From Octopus vulgaris (lineage: Eukaryota): DNA of 64,000 nt. A program made the position numbers and the translations under genes. The stretch spans positions 21,142,001 to 21,206,000 of the forward strand of contig OX597837.1 in the NCBI GenBank assembly GCA_951406725.2, read 5' to 3'. Of the stretch, positions 37,341-51,247 are shown in pieces (position 1 is the stretch's first letter; every line of letters starts with the position of its first letter). Under the pieces are notes generated by a model. The model ran no database searches and was not told the origin of the DNA. It saw nothing but the letters and a program-made list of their open reading frames with translations.

Positions 37341-38374
37341 TATTTTACATATACAAAGCTGGTTATTCACAATATCACTATTCAGAGTTTCTTGGCTGCC
37401 ATTTTGCTCAGCAATGGTAAAAAAATGTGATTCTACACAAACAGATGGAACATACATTGTTTTCATTGGTCATTCCAGGTCATGTGGTGTGACACTGGAA
37501 TGCAATGAATCAAGCTTCATACAAATATACTCTATAACATGTATAGAGTACTCTTTCATCTGGGAAACAACATTTGTTTAAAAAATGTTTATGTGTGTAT
37601 ATACAAATGTATGTGTTGTATTTGTAAATTTGAGTCGCAAACAATGTACTCAATACATGTTTTAGAGTTATATATATTATATTTTATTAAGATTAACTAT
37701 TATTCCATTATTGTCATTTCTCAGAGTTTTTTCCCATTATATAGAACCAACGGCATGCCTAAGTTAAAAGATCTTTGGTAACTATGTTTTGGTCAAGACC
37801 CTAGTTTCACTCAATTTTCTTTGTAAAGGCATGGAACGTAATCAACATGTAGCCATTGGTGGTAATAAAGGTCCTTGTCAGGTCTCATTTACTTTAAGTG
37901 CAGTCAGAACTGATGAAGAAACCTTTATATAGTCACTCAGTCTGCTGGAAACAGCAGCCAAACACTTTTAAATCACACTTCATACTTTTTTTGTATGGAA
38001 TTCCATATTTGATAACATGGTCCTTTCTATATATAATGTCTGTGAAAAAGATAGGAATGGTCATGGCTGGAATATCTTTGACCAAAGTTATACAGGATTA
38101 AAGCTGCCATAAAGCTTACCAGCATCAAAGCCAGTCATCTGGTTTAATACTTTCTACTGATTAACTCAATTTGTTTCTGCCCAACGTGAAATTGTGTGAA
38201 ACCTGGGTATGGACAAGAACCTTCAGTTACTATGCATAAACATATTTTAACAGATGCTATGCATTTCCATTTAAGCAAATATATACATTTTCATCACAAG
38301 TGTATATAGTGCACTCTTTTTACATTCATTCATCAACATACCATGTATGTATATGTGTGCATATATATATATTC

Positions 38375-38503
38375 CTTTCTGTGGAAGAGTGTAGGATCGA
38401 AACGTTAAAGACTTTTTCACTTCCGGACCATTATACTAATACATCTGTTTGTTTGTTATCTACACCACCTGTCTTCGTCTTTTGTTTTTTTGTGAATTCT
38501 CCC

Positions 38504-38557
<54 letters not shown>

Positions 38558-38693
38558 CAAATATATAGATTCATTGATTCAAAATGTGACCGCGTGTGTA
38601 CCGTTGTCGACTTTTTTCCCTCCGTCTTCTCTTCCTTAGATCTTTCCTTTTCCTATGTTTCTGATGAAGAGCTCCGCTCAAAACATTAAATCC
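38375..38693 (+). ncRNA. Two decayed minimal hammerhead-like motifs (38375-38410 and 38657-38693) in microsatellite-flanked short repeats
   Basis: CTTT-CTGTGGA-AGAGTGTAGGATC-GAAA-CG-TT-AAAG and GTTT-CTGATGA-AGAGCTCCGCTC-AAAA-CA-TT-AAAT. Confidence 0.5.
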
Positions 38694-38968
38694 TCCTTCT
38701 TTCTTTCCTTTCCTGAGCGTCCAATAACACTATTCTTGTTCCACGTCCTCATGTCGTGTTTTCTCTTTGTGTTTTCATGTTTGGATTAACTTTATATATA
38801 TATATATATATATATATAAATACAGTGTACATTTAAATACATTAAGAGATTTCCATCTTAATGTGTTTAAATGGACACTATTTTATATGAATAATATATA
38901 GTCTATTGACTAATTTTTCTATACGCTAGACCACTGGTAGTAAAAATTTCTAAAATCTTTATTACCCT

Positions 38969-39002
<34 letters not shown>

Positions 39003-42000
39003 CACACACACAGAGAAGTTTATAAATATGCATAGGCAGACACATATATCTGTGAGCTGTATTCCTTTACAAATCTAACTGCTAGTATCTGTATAATTTA
39101 CTTGCTCAAATGAATCATGAACCCTAGCCACCCAAAAGTTACAATATATGGTAACTGTCAAACATGTAAAAGAAGTGTCTTTACCATTTATCTCTTCTTA
39201 CCCCCCTCTCCGAAATTGCTGGCCTTGTGCCAAAATTTGAAACCAATATTGAGAGGCGGTTAGGGTGGAAAGCTGGCAGAATCATTAGCACACTGGGCAA
39301 AATGCTCATTTCTTTATTGCCCACAAGGGGCTAAACATAGAGAGGACAAACAAGGACATTAAGTCGATTACATCGACCCCATTGCGTAACTGGTACTTAA
39401 TTTATCAACCCCGAAAGGATGAAAGGCAAAGTTGACCTTGGCAGAATTTAAACTCAGAACGTAACAGCAGACAAAATACTGCTAAGCATTTCGCCTGGTG
39501 TGCTAACGTTTCTGTCAGCTTGCCTGGGCAAAATGCTTAGCAGCATTCCATCTGTCCTTATATCCTAAGTTCAAATTCCATCGAGGTTGACTTTGCCCTT
39601 CATCCATTTCAGGGTTAATAAAATAAGTCCCCCGAAATTGCTGGCCTTGTGCCAAAATTTGAAACCAATATTTTGTTATAAGCAACAAGTATTTTGCCTT
39701 GCAGGATTATGCATGTTTGGCTCCCTTGCCTTTGAGGCTCAGTCTCTCATTTGTAATATGGCTGCATTAGATGCAGGGCAATTTTTTGATACATTTAGAA
39801 ACAGAAGTGCATCTTATACACCAGCAAATACAGTATATATGACAAGGATAAATACCTCATATTTCATCATCACCTTTTCAAAAAATATAAAAACATTCCA
39901 AAACAAAACGCTGTAAAAACTGCTTGCAAGGAAACAAACAAAATCATTTCTTTCCTGTGAAAACTCTAACTTCATAGATAATTTTAGAATATTGTTAATA
40001 TTTGGGAACTACCTGGCGGCAACCTGGCAGAATCGTTAGCATGCCAGGTGGAAACACTTAGCAACATTTCATCCATCTTTATATTCTAAGTTCAAATTCC
40101 ACCTAGGTTGATTTCCCTTTCATCCCTTTGGGATGGATAAAATAAGTACCAGTTGAGTACTAGGGTCAATGTACCTCCTCCCCTAAAATTGCTGGCCTTG
40201 TGCCAACATTTGAACCAATATCTTGGGCTACTAAACTTCATCTTTTATCTGGAAAATTGTAATTAAACAAATCTTAAAAATTCTTCCCTCTATTTACATT
40301 ATAAGTGTTCTTGAGAAAAGCAATTCCATTCCTTTCTCTCATCTTAAATCTCTTTATAAGAGAGAGGGAAATGTTTTAAGGTTTCAAGCAGAACCCATTG
40401 ATAATAAATACTGCTCTCCCCCAAAATGTTGATTTTTTTTTTTCTTGCTCACAACAAAACCAATTTATTTCATTTTTTTAAAAAACTGTTTATGATCATT
40501 AATAACTATTGCAGAACATCAATAGTTCTTTCAGATCCTAAAACTTTGTACAAAAACAAAGGGAAAAAAAACAATAAATTATAATATATTTTATGGTCAC
40601 TTGTTATATTTTCCTGGAAAATGAATTTATTTTTTTTATCCTATTTATAAACATGTTCTAAATTGAATTAGAAATATGAGCCCATTTTCTTCATGTTCAC
40701 TTATCTTTGTAACAACAAACCAAAAAATGATTCTGATAAAGAACACTAATATGGAAAATGGTTTTGGTTCTTTTGTTTTAGAATAATTTTTTTCCATGTT
40801 AAATATTTTCAGGATTTTTTTGTAATATTGTTATATAATAAAATGTGAAAAACGAAATTTCTCATTCTTTTATTTCTTACTACTTACCATCAGAACTTCA
40901 AACCAATATCTACATTTTCTACAATACCATCTATTCTGTTGTGATAAAATGTTTTTCTGTCTGTGAATGGTATTACAATTCAATGAACACAAATTCCATT
41001 GAAGGTTTTAAATGCAAAAAAAACATTTATTAGTGTTAACAAATGATACTATGAAAGACAAAGAAAATGTGTTTACACAAGTAAGGAAACCAAAATTGAA
41101 ATGAGATGTTGAATCAGGGAATAATAGTAGTCGCTGAAGTGTTTCTTGGAGTTAACCTGTTAGGGTGTGTTGCTGTGATCATTGCCATCAACCACTGTCT
41201 TGGTGCTTTGGACACTGCTTTCCAGTTCTATGTTGCCATCTGCAGGCAAGTGGCTAAAATGTGCTAAATGTATAGCAGATGTTCTTGTGAGGTAAAAGTG
41301 GGCCAAAGATTTAATCCTGTTCCACCAAGAATTTTGAATGTGCAATGTTTTGATGACATCAGCAATCCTTGAGTGAATCACATTTCTGATGCTTAGTTGT
41401 TTTTGTATTGGATACAATGATCTGGTTTAGACTTCTAGGTGTTTTGTGACTACCAAATATCCCTGCTACAATTCTATAAAAAAAATCCATATAGGTGCAG
41501 GAGTGGCTGTGTGGTAAGTAGCTTGCTTACCAACCACATGGTTCCTGATTCAGTCCAACTGCATGGCACTTTGGGCAAGTGTCTTCTACTATAGCTTCGG
41601 GCCGACCAAAGCCTTGTGAGTGGATTTGGTAGACAGAAACTGAAAGAAGAACGTCATATATATGTATATGTACGTGTTTGTTCCCCCAACCGATGCTGGT
41701 GTGTTTACATCCCCGTAACTTAGCCGTTCAGCAAAAGAGACCGATAGAATAAGTACTAGGCTTACAAAAAATAAGTCCTGGGGTCGATTTGCTTGACTGA
41801 AGGTGGTGCTCCAGCATGGCCACAGTCAAATGAGTGAAACAAGTAAAAGAAAGCCATCACTCACAAGCATATACCATGCGTTCACTAACTGTTTTAAATG
41901 CCTGTATAACTTCAAGATACAGATATCCTCTCAGCCCTCCTGCTTTTGACCCAACAAAGTATTAAGTATGTGACAGTTGGAGGAAAAAAGTGTCGTCCCA

Positions 42001-42847
42001 GCACTTTGCTGCTGCTACTCATCGTTAGCTGAGTGGACTGAAGCAATTGGAAATAAAGTGCACTACTCAAGGATACAACACACTGCCAATCTAAAATTCA
42101 AACCTATGAGCCTATGAGTGTGATGCCATCACCCTTAACCTCTTGGCTACATGTCATCATGGCGAATGTTTTGGTGCATGACTTTTGGCTCATCCTGCAT
42201 GTGTGCACACGCACACACACACACACACACGTGAGTATCAGTTGAGCATTGTAGTCAATGTAATTGTCTTTAGTGGATAAGAGTATAAAAACTGCATCCC
42301 TCTGACAAATTATATCAAACCAGTGCAGCAGAATAGATCCATCAAACCAGTGTAACGTCAAGCTCAAATTCACGGCCTCCACATCAGACCATGGTTGATG
42401 CAGAGAACATTGCTAAGGCCTTCATCCTGCAGTGGACCGAACGTAGGCAATCCAATCTAATCCAGTAACTACATAGTCTTTGCTTGGACTTCTTTCCTCT
42501 CTCTCTTATCTGACGAAGAAGAACCATGCCCAAACCATTATACACCCAATCGTTTCCCCATTTTATACTGAGCATCAATGTCACACATTCCATGTCTACA
42601 TCCTTTTGACTTCTGCTGTTCTACTTTTTATTTTCAATTTACCTGTTTATACATTCTTTTTGTTTTTATTCTTTTCAGTCATTTGACTGTGGCCATGCTG
42701 GAGCACTGCCTTTAGTCGAACAAATCGGCCCCAGGACTTATTCTTTGTAAGCCTAGTACTTATTCTATAGGTCACTTTTGCCAAACTGCTAAGTTACAGG
42801 GATGTAAACGCACCAACATCAGCTGTCAAGCAATGGTGGAGGGGCAA

Positions 42848-42886
<39 letters not shown>

Positions 42887-45644
42887 ACAGTGATGGAGGG
42901 ACAAACACAAAGACAAAAATACATACATGTACACAATGGGCTTCTTTCAGTTTCTGTCTACCAAATTTACTCACAAGGTTTTGGTCAGCCCAAGGCTATA
43001 GTAGAAGACAATTGCACAAGGTACCACACAGCCATGCCTGTGCCTCTTACACACACACACACACACACACACATACATACACACACACACACACACACTC
43101 ATTCATACATACATACATACATTCTTTCATTCATTCATTCATTAAGTTTTAACTGAAATCCCTTGCAGCTTTTGTATCCGAGTTATTACCTCGTATGAAA
43201 TGCAAAAGGGACATTAGCATATCTTTCAAGAATAAAAAATATAAACATCAGACAATGAAATCAAGTACAACCCTTAAGGCAGTGCCCCAGAATGGCTGCA
43301 GTCCAATGACTAGAATTGGTAACAGAACAGAAGAAAAAAAAAAACAATTTGAATTTTATTGAATATTTTATTTATCTATTTTTTAAATTTAAATTTGAGA
43401 TTCAAATATTTAAAAATTCAATTATATAAAAACTAGCAAAATTCATGTCAAGACAATAACAAAACATGACAGTTAGTTTATTTTTTTGTTTTTATTTCAA
43501 ATCAAATCAAACACAAAGAGTTACATCTAACAAGAAAATGTTATGTTGTTTTTAAAGTTGTTTTAATCAAATCAAACATTTGCAAACTGTAAGAACAACA
43601 ACAATAACAAAATAGAAAATTTTTTCTTCTTCTTCTCTTTAAAAAACAACACATAGAAAAGAACAGTAACATTATTATTATTATTATTGGCAAGGAAAAA
43701 AACAATATTAGTCAAAGACGTTTTTTATATTTTTCTGGTAAGGATGGGCGGCAACTCCAGACATGTTTTGACCTTATGCTGAGCTTTTCAACAAAGAATA
43801 ACTTTCACTGTATTTGCCAAAGTAGTGATGAAGAAATCACAAAGTAAACATAAAATGATTGCACACTTGTTGGTATAGGAAAATAGAATTGCTTAGATAT
43901 GAAAGCAGAGATGCCATCTGTACAAAAACCAATTGATAGGTAAATATGTGAAAGTATCAATAAATATTTTCTTAATTAATTATTCTCATGTATAACTGCA
44001 TTAAGCAAGAAATTAACTTATTTGGCAATAAAGACAAAAGAAAGAAACAATAACAGCAAAATCACTTGATTTGCTATTTTTTAGAAGGAAATGTTTATAG
44101 TCAATTGAATCAATCCTACAAGTATGACTGGTACTTGTTTTACTAAATCTTACTGAACAGAAGATGAAGTTGGTACTGATAGGATTTGAATTCAAAACAC
44201 AGAAGGACAAGATAGTAATACAGTGAAGCATCTAGCTTGGTGCTCAACCATTTTTGTCAACTCACCCCACAAAAGTAACAAAGCTGTTATAACAACAACA
44301 ACAACAAAAGAAAACATTTAAACTAGTAATGAAAATCAAGAAGTAGCAGGATGAGCAAAAAATTATGTCAGTATCGAAATTTAAATTACTAAGATTATCT
44401 CAAAACATGGCTTTCACTGAAAAAGTAAATACATAAATAAAGTTAATTAACTGACTAATTAATTATACACTTTCAATATAACTTCCTGTTTTCCAGCTTT
44501 GGTCAACAACACTTCTCAGGTCTTGTACGAAAAATAATTGTATGAAAAGTGAAATCACCAATCTGGTAAGCATTTGGCTTGCTCTTCATAACAGAAGACA
44601 TTTGAAATAAAATTGCTGCAAACCTTGTTCCACTTATAACAGAACCAAGAGATAAGTTGAAAATAAAGTTCAAGAAATTCCCAAGTAATTTCATGTAAGG
44701 TATAAAGTATATAGAAACACTAAAAAAAATCCTACTGGTCAACGAGTGTAATTGACCATCTGATCCTACTTCAGCCGGTCCAGAAACTGCATCAACAAGC
44801 AGCAGTAAGTCACTGTCACAGCTCAAAGTGTTTCTAACAGTTCTTCAAGACCAACCAGCTCAAACAAAAAAATAATTTCTACTACTCCAGGCGGTGCTCC
44901 AGCATGGCCGCAGTCAAATGATTGAAACAAGTAAAAGAGCAAAAGAGAGAGTACTCAAACAACGATGCTAACATCATACACAAGGTTGTTGCCACTGAGT
45001 GCATTGGGACCCAGTGGAAACAGGCAATAACAAAACCACTTTTCCCCCACTATATCTGCAGGTTGTAGAGCTGTGAAGGACACTTTTCTCAGAAAAGATT
45101 GTTTAAATCTTTGCCCCAAATATGAATGCACAAAAGGCAACAAGTGTGTCTTCTTCCATCCAAAACTATTCCACTTCATGTTTACTATAAACTTGTTTGA
45201 ACCAGGAATAGCACAATAGATTTTTTTTTACTATCCTTTCCCAGATACAAAACAACTACCTTCACTCAGAGCATGAGATATGTGACATAGCCTTAGACAT
45301 CAAAAGATGTTTCTGACAACATTTGGCAAAAACAGTATAAAATGCTCGAATTTTTCATATAAATTTGTGCAGCAAATATGGTGAGAGTAACTTCCCCTTT
45401 CTTGATTCTAAAGATTACATGCGTGGAAGATACAGAAAGATCTAGTCATTTGATAACTTTAGCTGAAAATCTATGTTGTAACACTCTAAGTGGATTTTTC
45501 CTAAACAATTGTTCTTTTTTTTGTATTACTTTTCACATATAATTTGACATTTGGTATTTCTTATTTTAGTTGAACATTCATCTTACCTTAATATTAGAAG
45601 AATTATAAATACCTGAGGAAGTTATACTTTCCCCAAAATTCTAT

Positions 45645-46136
45645 TTATTATGGGCAGAATTCTGCTTTAAGCATCCAATATAATCCCACATAACTTTTAT
45701 ATTTTGGAAAATTTTCAGAAAATTTTGCAAATTTGTGTTCTACACATGGAAATTCATACAACAATGAAACAAATTTTTGAAATTTTGTTTAATCAGCTTC
45801 AAAACCACAGCTTAAAATATGGATAGTCCAAATATTTTGCTTAAATCCTAGCAATAGACCATTATATGTGTTTATGGGGAGAAAGATATTGAAAAAAATC
45901 AATATATCAAAGTGACAAACAAATGAGGAGAGTATCAGGTGATTATGAAATGTGCTAAAAATAACAGCCAAATAGCCCTTAAATCACATGCAATTTTTTT
46001 TTCTTATGGATTTTGCATATTCATATGAATTCCCATGTGAAGAGCATAAATTCACAAAACTTTTCAAAAAATCCAAAAATTAAAAAAGTTATGAGGGGTT
46101 ATATGGGATGCTTAAACCAAAATTCCACCTTATAAT
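45645..46136. mobile_element. Degenerate MITE with TIRs of about 115 bp
   Basis: TTTAAGCATCCAATATAATCCCACATAACTTTT is the approximate inverse of AAAAGTTATGAGGGGTTATATGGGATGCTTAAA. Confidence 0.6.
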
Positions 46137-46149
46137 GCCTCCTTCAAGA

Positions 46150-47240
46150 AAGTAATCATTCTGCTGAAAGACTAAATTACCAGAACCTATTTTTCTGAAA
46201 GAAACCTAACAATTCAGATTATTGTAATTTTGGGTTTAAAACTGATGTCCAAACCAGAACATATCACAACCATTCGAAAAAAAGCATTTTGAGGATGATA
46301 AAGAACATTTAACTTAGAGATTATTCAAACCAATTCCAGAAGGACTTAAAAAGAAATGAAACGGATTAATACTAATTTAATTTAAACATCAAAGATCGAG
46401 TTGAGTTTCAGGATTTGCAAAAGACCATATATTACATTTAAAGATCACAAGTCATGATCAACCCTTCATCAAGGGTTACAAACCCCTACCTAAATGGATA
46501 TTTGGTATTATTAACAAACATATTCTAGATAATTAATCTACTCCTTTAGGAATAGATTAGGATTTTCCTTTAGGAAAATACTAATTCTGTAATAAATTGG
46601 TAAAAGTCCAATTTATACCGTTTCACATTCTTGATTATTCTCCCTCAACAGTTCACTCCTACCATCAACTGAGATAGTAGAGGTAAATTGTTGGAAGAAA
46701 TGAAGGCAAAGAGTTCATCTCTATATCAGTGCAGTAGCCGTGATATAGTATCAATGCTTTCATCTCTTTCATCGGGTGTTTGCTCCTACCACGTCTAATA
46801 CTTCTGTTATCTTCCTCAATATCTGTCATTATCGACATCCCTCACATACTCTCATCTGTTCATTATAACACTACTGAACCACAACTATTCTTCCTTTTGC
46901 TCTATTTATACTACAACTACCACCCCATTCTCAATATTTCTTTGATTCCATCAACTATGTATTAAGGACGGATTCTTTTTTTTTTTGTTCTTTCCATATC
47001 CAATGACATGAGCTATTTTTTTCTTTTAAGGGGTTATCCAGTAACATTAATCAACTCTACACTTCAGAGATCCCAGACCAATACTAGAACCTCTTTGCTC
47101 CAAATGCAGTTTCTCTTTATATAACCTTTCACTCCTCTGTCCTCATCCTCTATGAACTATCTATAACAACCTTTTTTCCTTCCTCTAAACCTACTAACTG
47201 CTCCTCTCTTTCTTGATCTTCCCATTCTCTTGCTTTATAT
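46150..47240 (+). mobile_element. Highly degraded Penelope-like element RT-region remnants
   Basis: Frameshifted pieces read like ITFKDHK, GIINKHILD, KNTNSVINW, F(D)ILDY.PS, SSVHYNTT and FLLRGYP; recognised by resemblance only. Confidence 0.5.
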
Positions 47241-47374
47241 ATATATGTGTGTGTGTGTGTGTATGTATGTATATATATATATGTCATAAATGACAGAAAT
47301 ATTTTGATGACTTACTTGAATCCATATATTGTGACTTAAATATATATAATAATAAAGGATATTTTTTCTTTTTA

Positions 47375-48083
47375 TTTTATCAGTGGCCAGCATATAACAA
47401 TAGACCTATTAAGGTGAAATCATATATGTAATTATAATTAAGGGCATAGAAAAAAATTCTAGTCTATATGTTGAAAATAGACGCTAAATCATCTCACCAC
47501 TTTAAAAACATCCTCAATTTCAACATGTAAGTTTGTGATGTTATTAAAGTGGTGAGATGATTTAGTATCTATTTTCAACATATAGGCTAGAATTTTTTTC
47601 TATGCCCTTAATTATAATTATATATATAATTTCACCTTATTAGGTTTATTTTTATATGCTGGCCACTAATAAAAATTTTTTTTAAATTTTATCCTCTTGA
47701 AAATTTTCTATTCACTTCAGGACAGTAGAGCTACTTATGTGCTACTATGACTGAATACACATGCATTGAGGTAAGCTACAAAATTCAGTGTTGGATGTAT
47801 CTGTGGTATTTATATGCAGCTATGGCTTTGTATTTGCTTTCCTTTGGGTATGTATAAATATCTCATTTATTTCCCATAAGTAAGCTCTGCTGACAAGGAA
47901 AAGCCATTGGGCAAATCCAGAAATTGATCAATCCAGAGCTATCTATATTGTTATCAATTTCCGTTAGCTTACTCCCTCGATTTCAACATGTGTAACTTTG
48001 TGATGCTTTTAAAGTGGTGAGACAATTTAGCATCTATTTTCAGTATACAGTCTAGAATTTTTTCTATTACCCTTAATTATAAT
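47375..48083 (+). mobile_element. Penelope-like terminal repeat structure (inverted plus direct repeat)
   Basis: Fold-back 47375-47674 centred near 47524; 47518-47620 is directly repeated at 47981-48083. Confidence 0.7.
47883..47940 (+). ncRNA. Type I hammerhead ribozyme motif (G8>A, probably inactive)
   Basis: AGCTCTG-CTGACAA-GGA...TCC-A-GAAA-TTGATCAA-TC-CAGAGCT. Confidence 0.65.
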
Positions 48084-48090
48084 ATATATA

Positions 48091-48138
<48 letters not shown>

Positions 48139-50710
48139 GTATCATTTTCAGTGTAAACAATACATGATCTGTATTATTAATGATATATTTAATGCTGTTT
48201 ATATCAACCTACCTAAAGCCAACTCTGATTCTTTGATACAAAGCCTCTTGTTTTAAAGTATTTATATTTAAATTAAAGTTTTCTGTCATAATTAAACACT
48301 TTTTTAAAGTAGTGTTCTAAATACTATATTAATAATAAAGAAGTTAATTATTTTAGTCAATTCCACTAAATTATTATTTAAGCAGAACATTTTCTAATAA
48401 ATAAACATGGTAGTAAAGGGTTTATGGGGGGGGGGGGAGAAACAAACTACTTTCAAACTAATTCAGTCGTCTTTTTAGTAACCAATGCAAAAAATTATTA
48501 TGCCAACAAACAAACATAAGAAGGAAAACATTACCAACCTCTTAATCAAAGATTCTTCATATGCTGTCACTGTTCTATGGTACCAAACATTCTCTTGAGA
48601 CCTAACTTAACCTCAGGTGGCAGAGCTAGTGATAACAGAGATAAAGAACAACATGCTGTTTGAATGCCAAACTAACAAGTTCTAACCAGACATAAAAATC
48701 TGCACTCTTGCATGGGAATGACTAATTTTCCTACCAACCATTAATTCTTCATGTTCCAACACTAACACCATTCTCTCTATTGTTTACTGTCTGACATTTC
48801 AATTACTATATATTTTTGTGTGATGCTGTTGAAAAAGTGAGGAAAAAATATTTGTAAAACAAAGATGCTTTGTATATTTGTATTGTGAATTATATACTTC
48901 CACTCTGGCAACACATCAAACTGGGGCCAGATCCAGGCAGAAGTTTTTTACATAGTTACAGCAGGGTCACAAGCTCTCAAAATTCTTTCTTCATTCATTA
49001 TAGTTTTATTATAATTTATGTAAAATATTAACCTAATTAACTTAACAATAATTAGAATTAACAAATTAGACCCAGTTATTACAAGAACAACATTAGTTAC
49101 ACAAGTGCATAGGACTTCGTTATATCATACTAAATAGTGTAAATGGTTATGATTTCAATTATAAAATAAACTTTTAATTAAATTAGCCACTTTAAAGACA
49201 TGAAACCAGGAATACAACATGTGGGGTTCAATTCCTGTGGTTTGTGCATGTATTTTTTCTGTGTTGGATTTGTACTTATAAAGTATCTAATCTAATTTAA
49301 AGTTTATTATTTAATCATTTTATTGTAATTAAATAGTAATTCTTATTAAATTTTTCTCTTATTTTCCTAATTTTCTATTAACAACTGCCAAAGAAAGCCT
49401 CTACAACAGGGAAAAGTAACTTCATTTTCTAATGGCTCACTTCTGAGATTTAAACTGGGTTTTATTTTAATCCATTCCAATATCACTTGAATTAACACAT
49501 AAAATATTTTTATCTTAGTGTTTCATGATTTTTTTTTGTAGTTCTGTCCTTCCTGTACAACTTTTATTTATTATTTTTGAAATTTGAATAAATTTCACCT
49601 CTTTTTAGACACATGGCCATGGAGTACCAAGTAAAGATTTTAAAAATGAACAAATTTATCTGGCAACCCAGATATTTTTATTTCATTTTATATATGAAAA
49701 TATCCCTGCTTATCTTCCTATTTCCACAATTGGCCAAGCTTATGTAAGCAAAATTAAAACAATTCATGACAGAAAATACCATCTAAAGCCATAAACTGCT
49801 CAGTGGCCCATAATTTTGGAAAATGTTTGGAAAAGGCACCAAGGCCAACAGGGAACAACTCAGTGATCCACTTGTTGCTGACCCCCAGTCCAAAAATTCT
49901 AGGATCCCATAGCTTAGGGCCTCGTTGTGTTTAAAGGGTTTCTGCTTCAAATATTAACAATTCCTGGGTGTATACAAAGTTTACACCACCACAACTCATC
50001 CAACAACACTACATATTCTTCTAACATGTAATGTGAAGTGCTTTTTACAGAGTTCTTAACAATTCAAAATAAGAACAACACACCTTAACAATTTATATAC
50101 GATTTTTGTTTTTTCATCAGAGATAAGTGTTATTAAATATCCTGTAATAATTCCACTATTTGGATAACAAAATTTAACATATATCTTAGCTGTACCTTCC
50201 ATTTACATTAAACTAATCACAATGTTGGTTTTCTAATTTTTAAAGAATATCAATTTCTTTTTTTCCCATTAAAAGCCTATTATTGTAATCACATGATTTT
50301 TTTTTTCTACAGGAAGAGATTGCATAGTGACAAAAATACATCTTTGTAGTAGGCCACTGTCAGAGCAGGAGAGGGGAAACAACAATTTTTTAATTTCGCA
50401 GACTGCTAGTATGTAATCATTCATACTGCCATGTACAGTTTACGAATAAAGTGTTCAGGGTATAAATTAAGCAGGCTGTCAGGTTTACAATATACTGTGT
50501 ATATAATGAAAAAGACTGAGTATATAGTGTACAATCAAGCTGTCTGCCAGGTCGTTATCTAGGAGGATAACTGAAAAAGCACTGATAATTGGCTGGACTT
50601 ACAACTGTGATAAAACCTGTCAGAATTATACATCAGTTATCAGATTGCCTGCAACTACAACAGGCTTTACACCTTTCTTCTTCGTTTATCCCAAGTTAAA
50701 GAAAAAACTG

Positions 50711-50753
<43 letters not shown>

Positions 50754-51247
50754 TAGATATGGCTGAGTAAAATGGATTACTCTACACACAAATATACATA
50801 TCAGATCTTACTCACATCACATATATACACAGACACACATACTTTCAAGTATATATATATATAGATATATATATATATACACACACACACACGTACATAC
50901 ATTCACACACACACAAATATGTGTGTGTATATACAAAACCTATCATCCTGGCATAAATTCATTGTATATTTTCTTTTAGGACAATGATAATAAAAAAAAA
51001 TAATTTTAAAAAAAATTTAGATATAATTAAAAAAAAATAAATCTATAGATTTCAAAACAATAAATAAACTCATTCGCACTAAAATAAGTTAATAAGATAA
51101 ATAAATAAATAAATTATATGGAACGGTTGAAGTTTCAAATTGTGGGTTAGCAATAATGGATTTAGAATACAGAAATATCTTTACTTGGGGCTGAAAAAAA
51201 ATCACAATTTAAATATTCCATATTTCATTTCTTTCTCTGACATTTCT

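Noticed and set aside
41160-41417. 85-aa minus-strand ORF
   Set aside because: Non-ATG start, no recognisable domain, and not in frame with the nearby acceptor sites.
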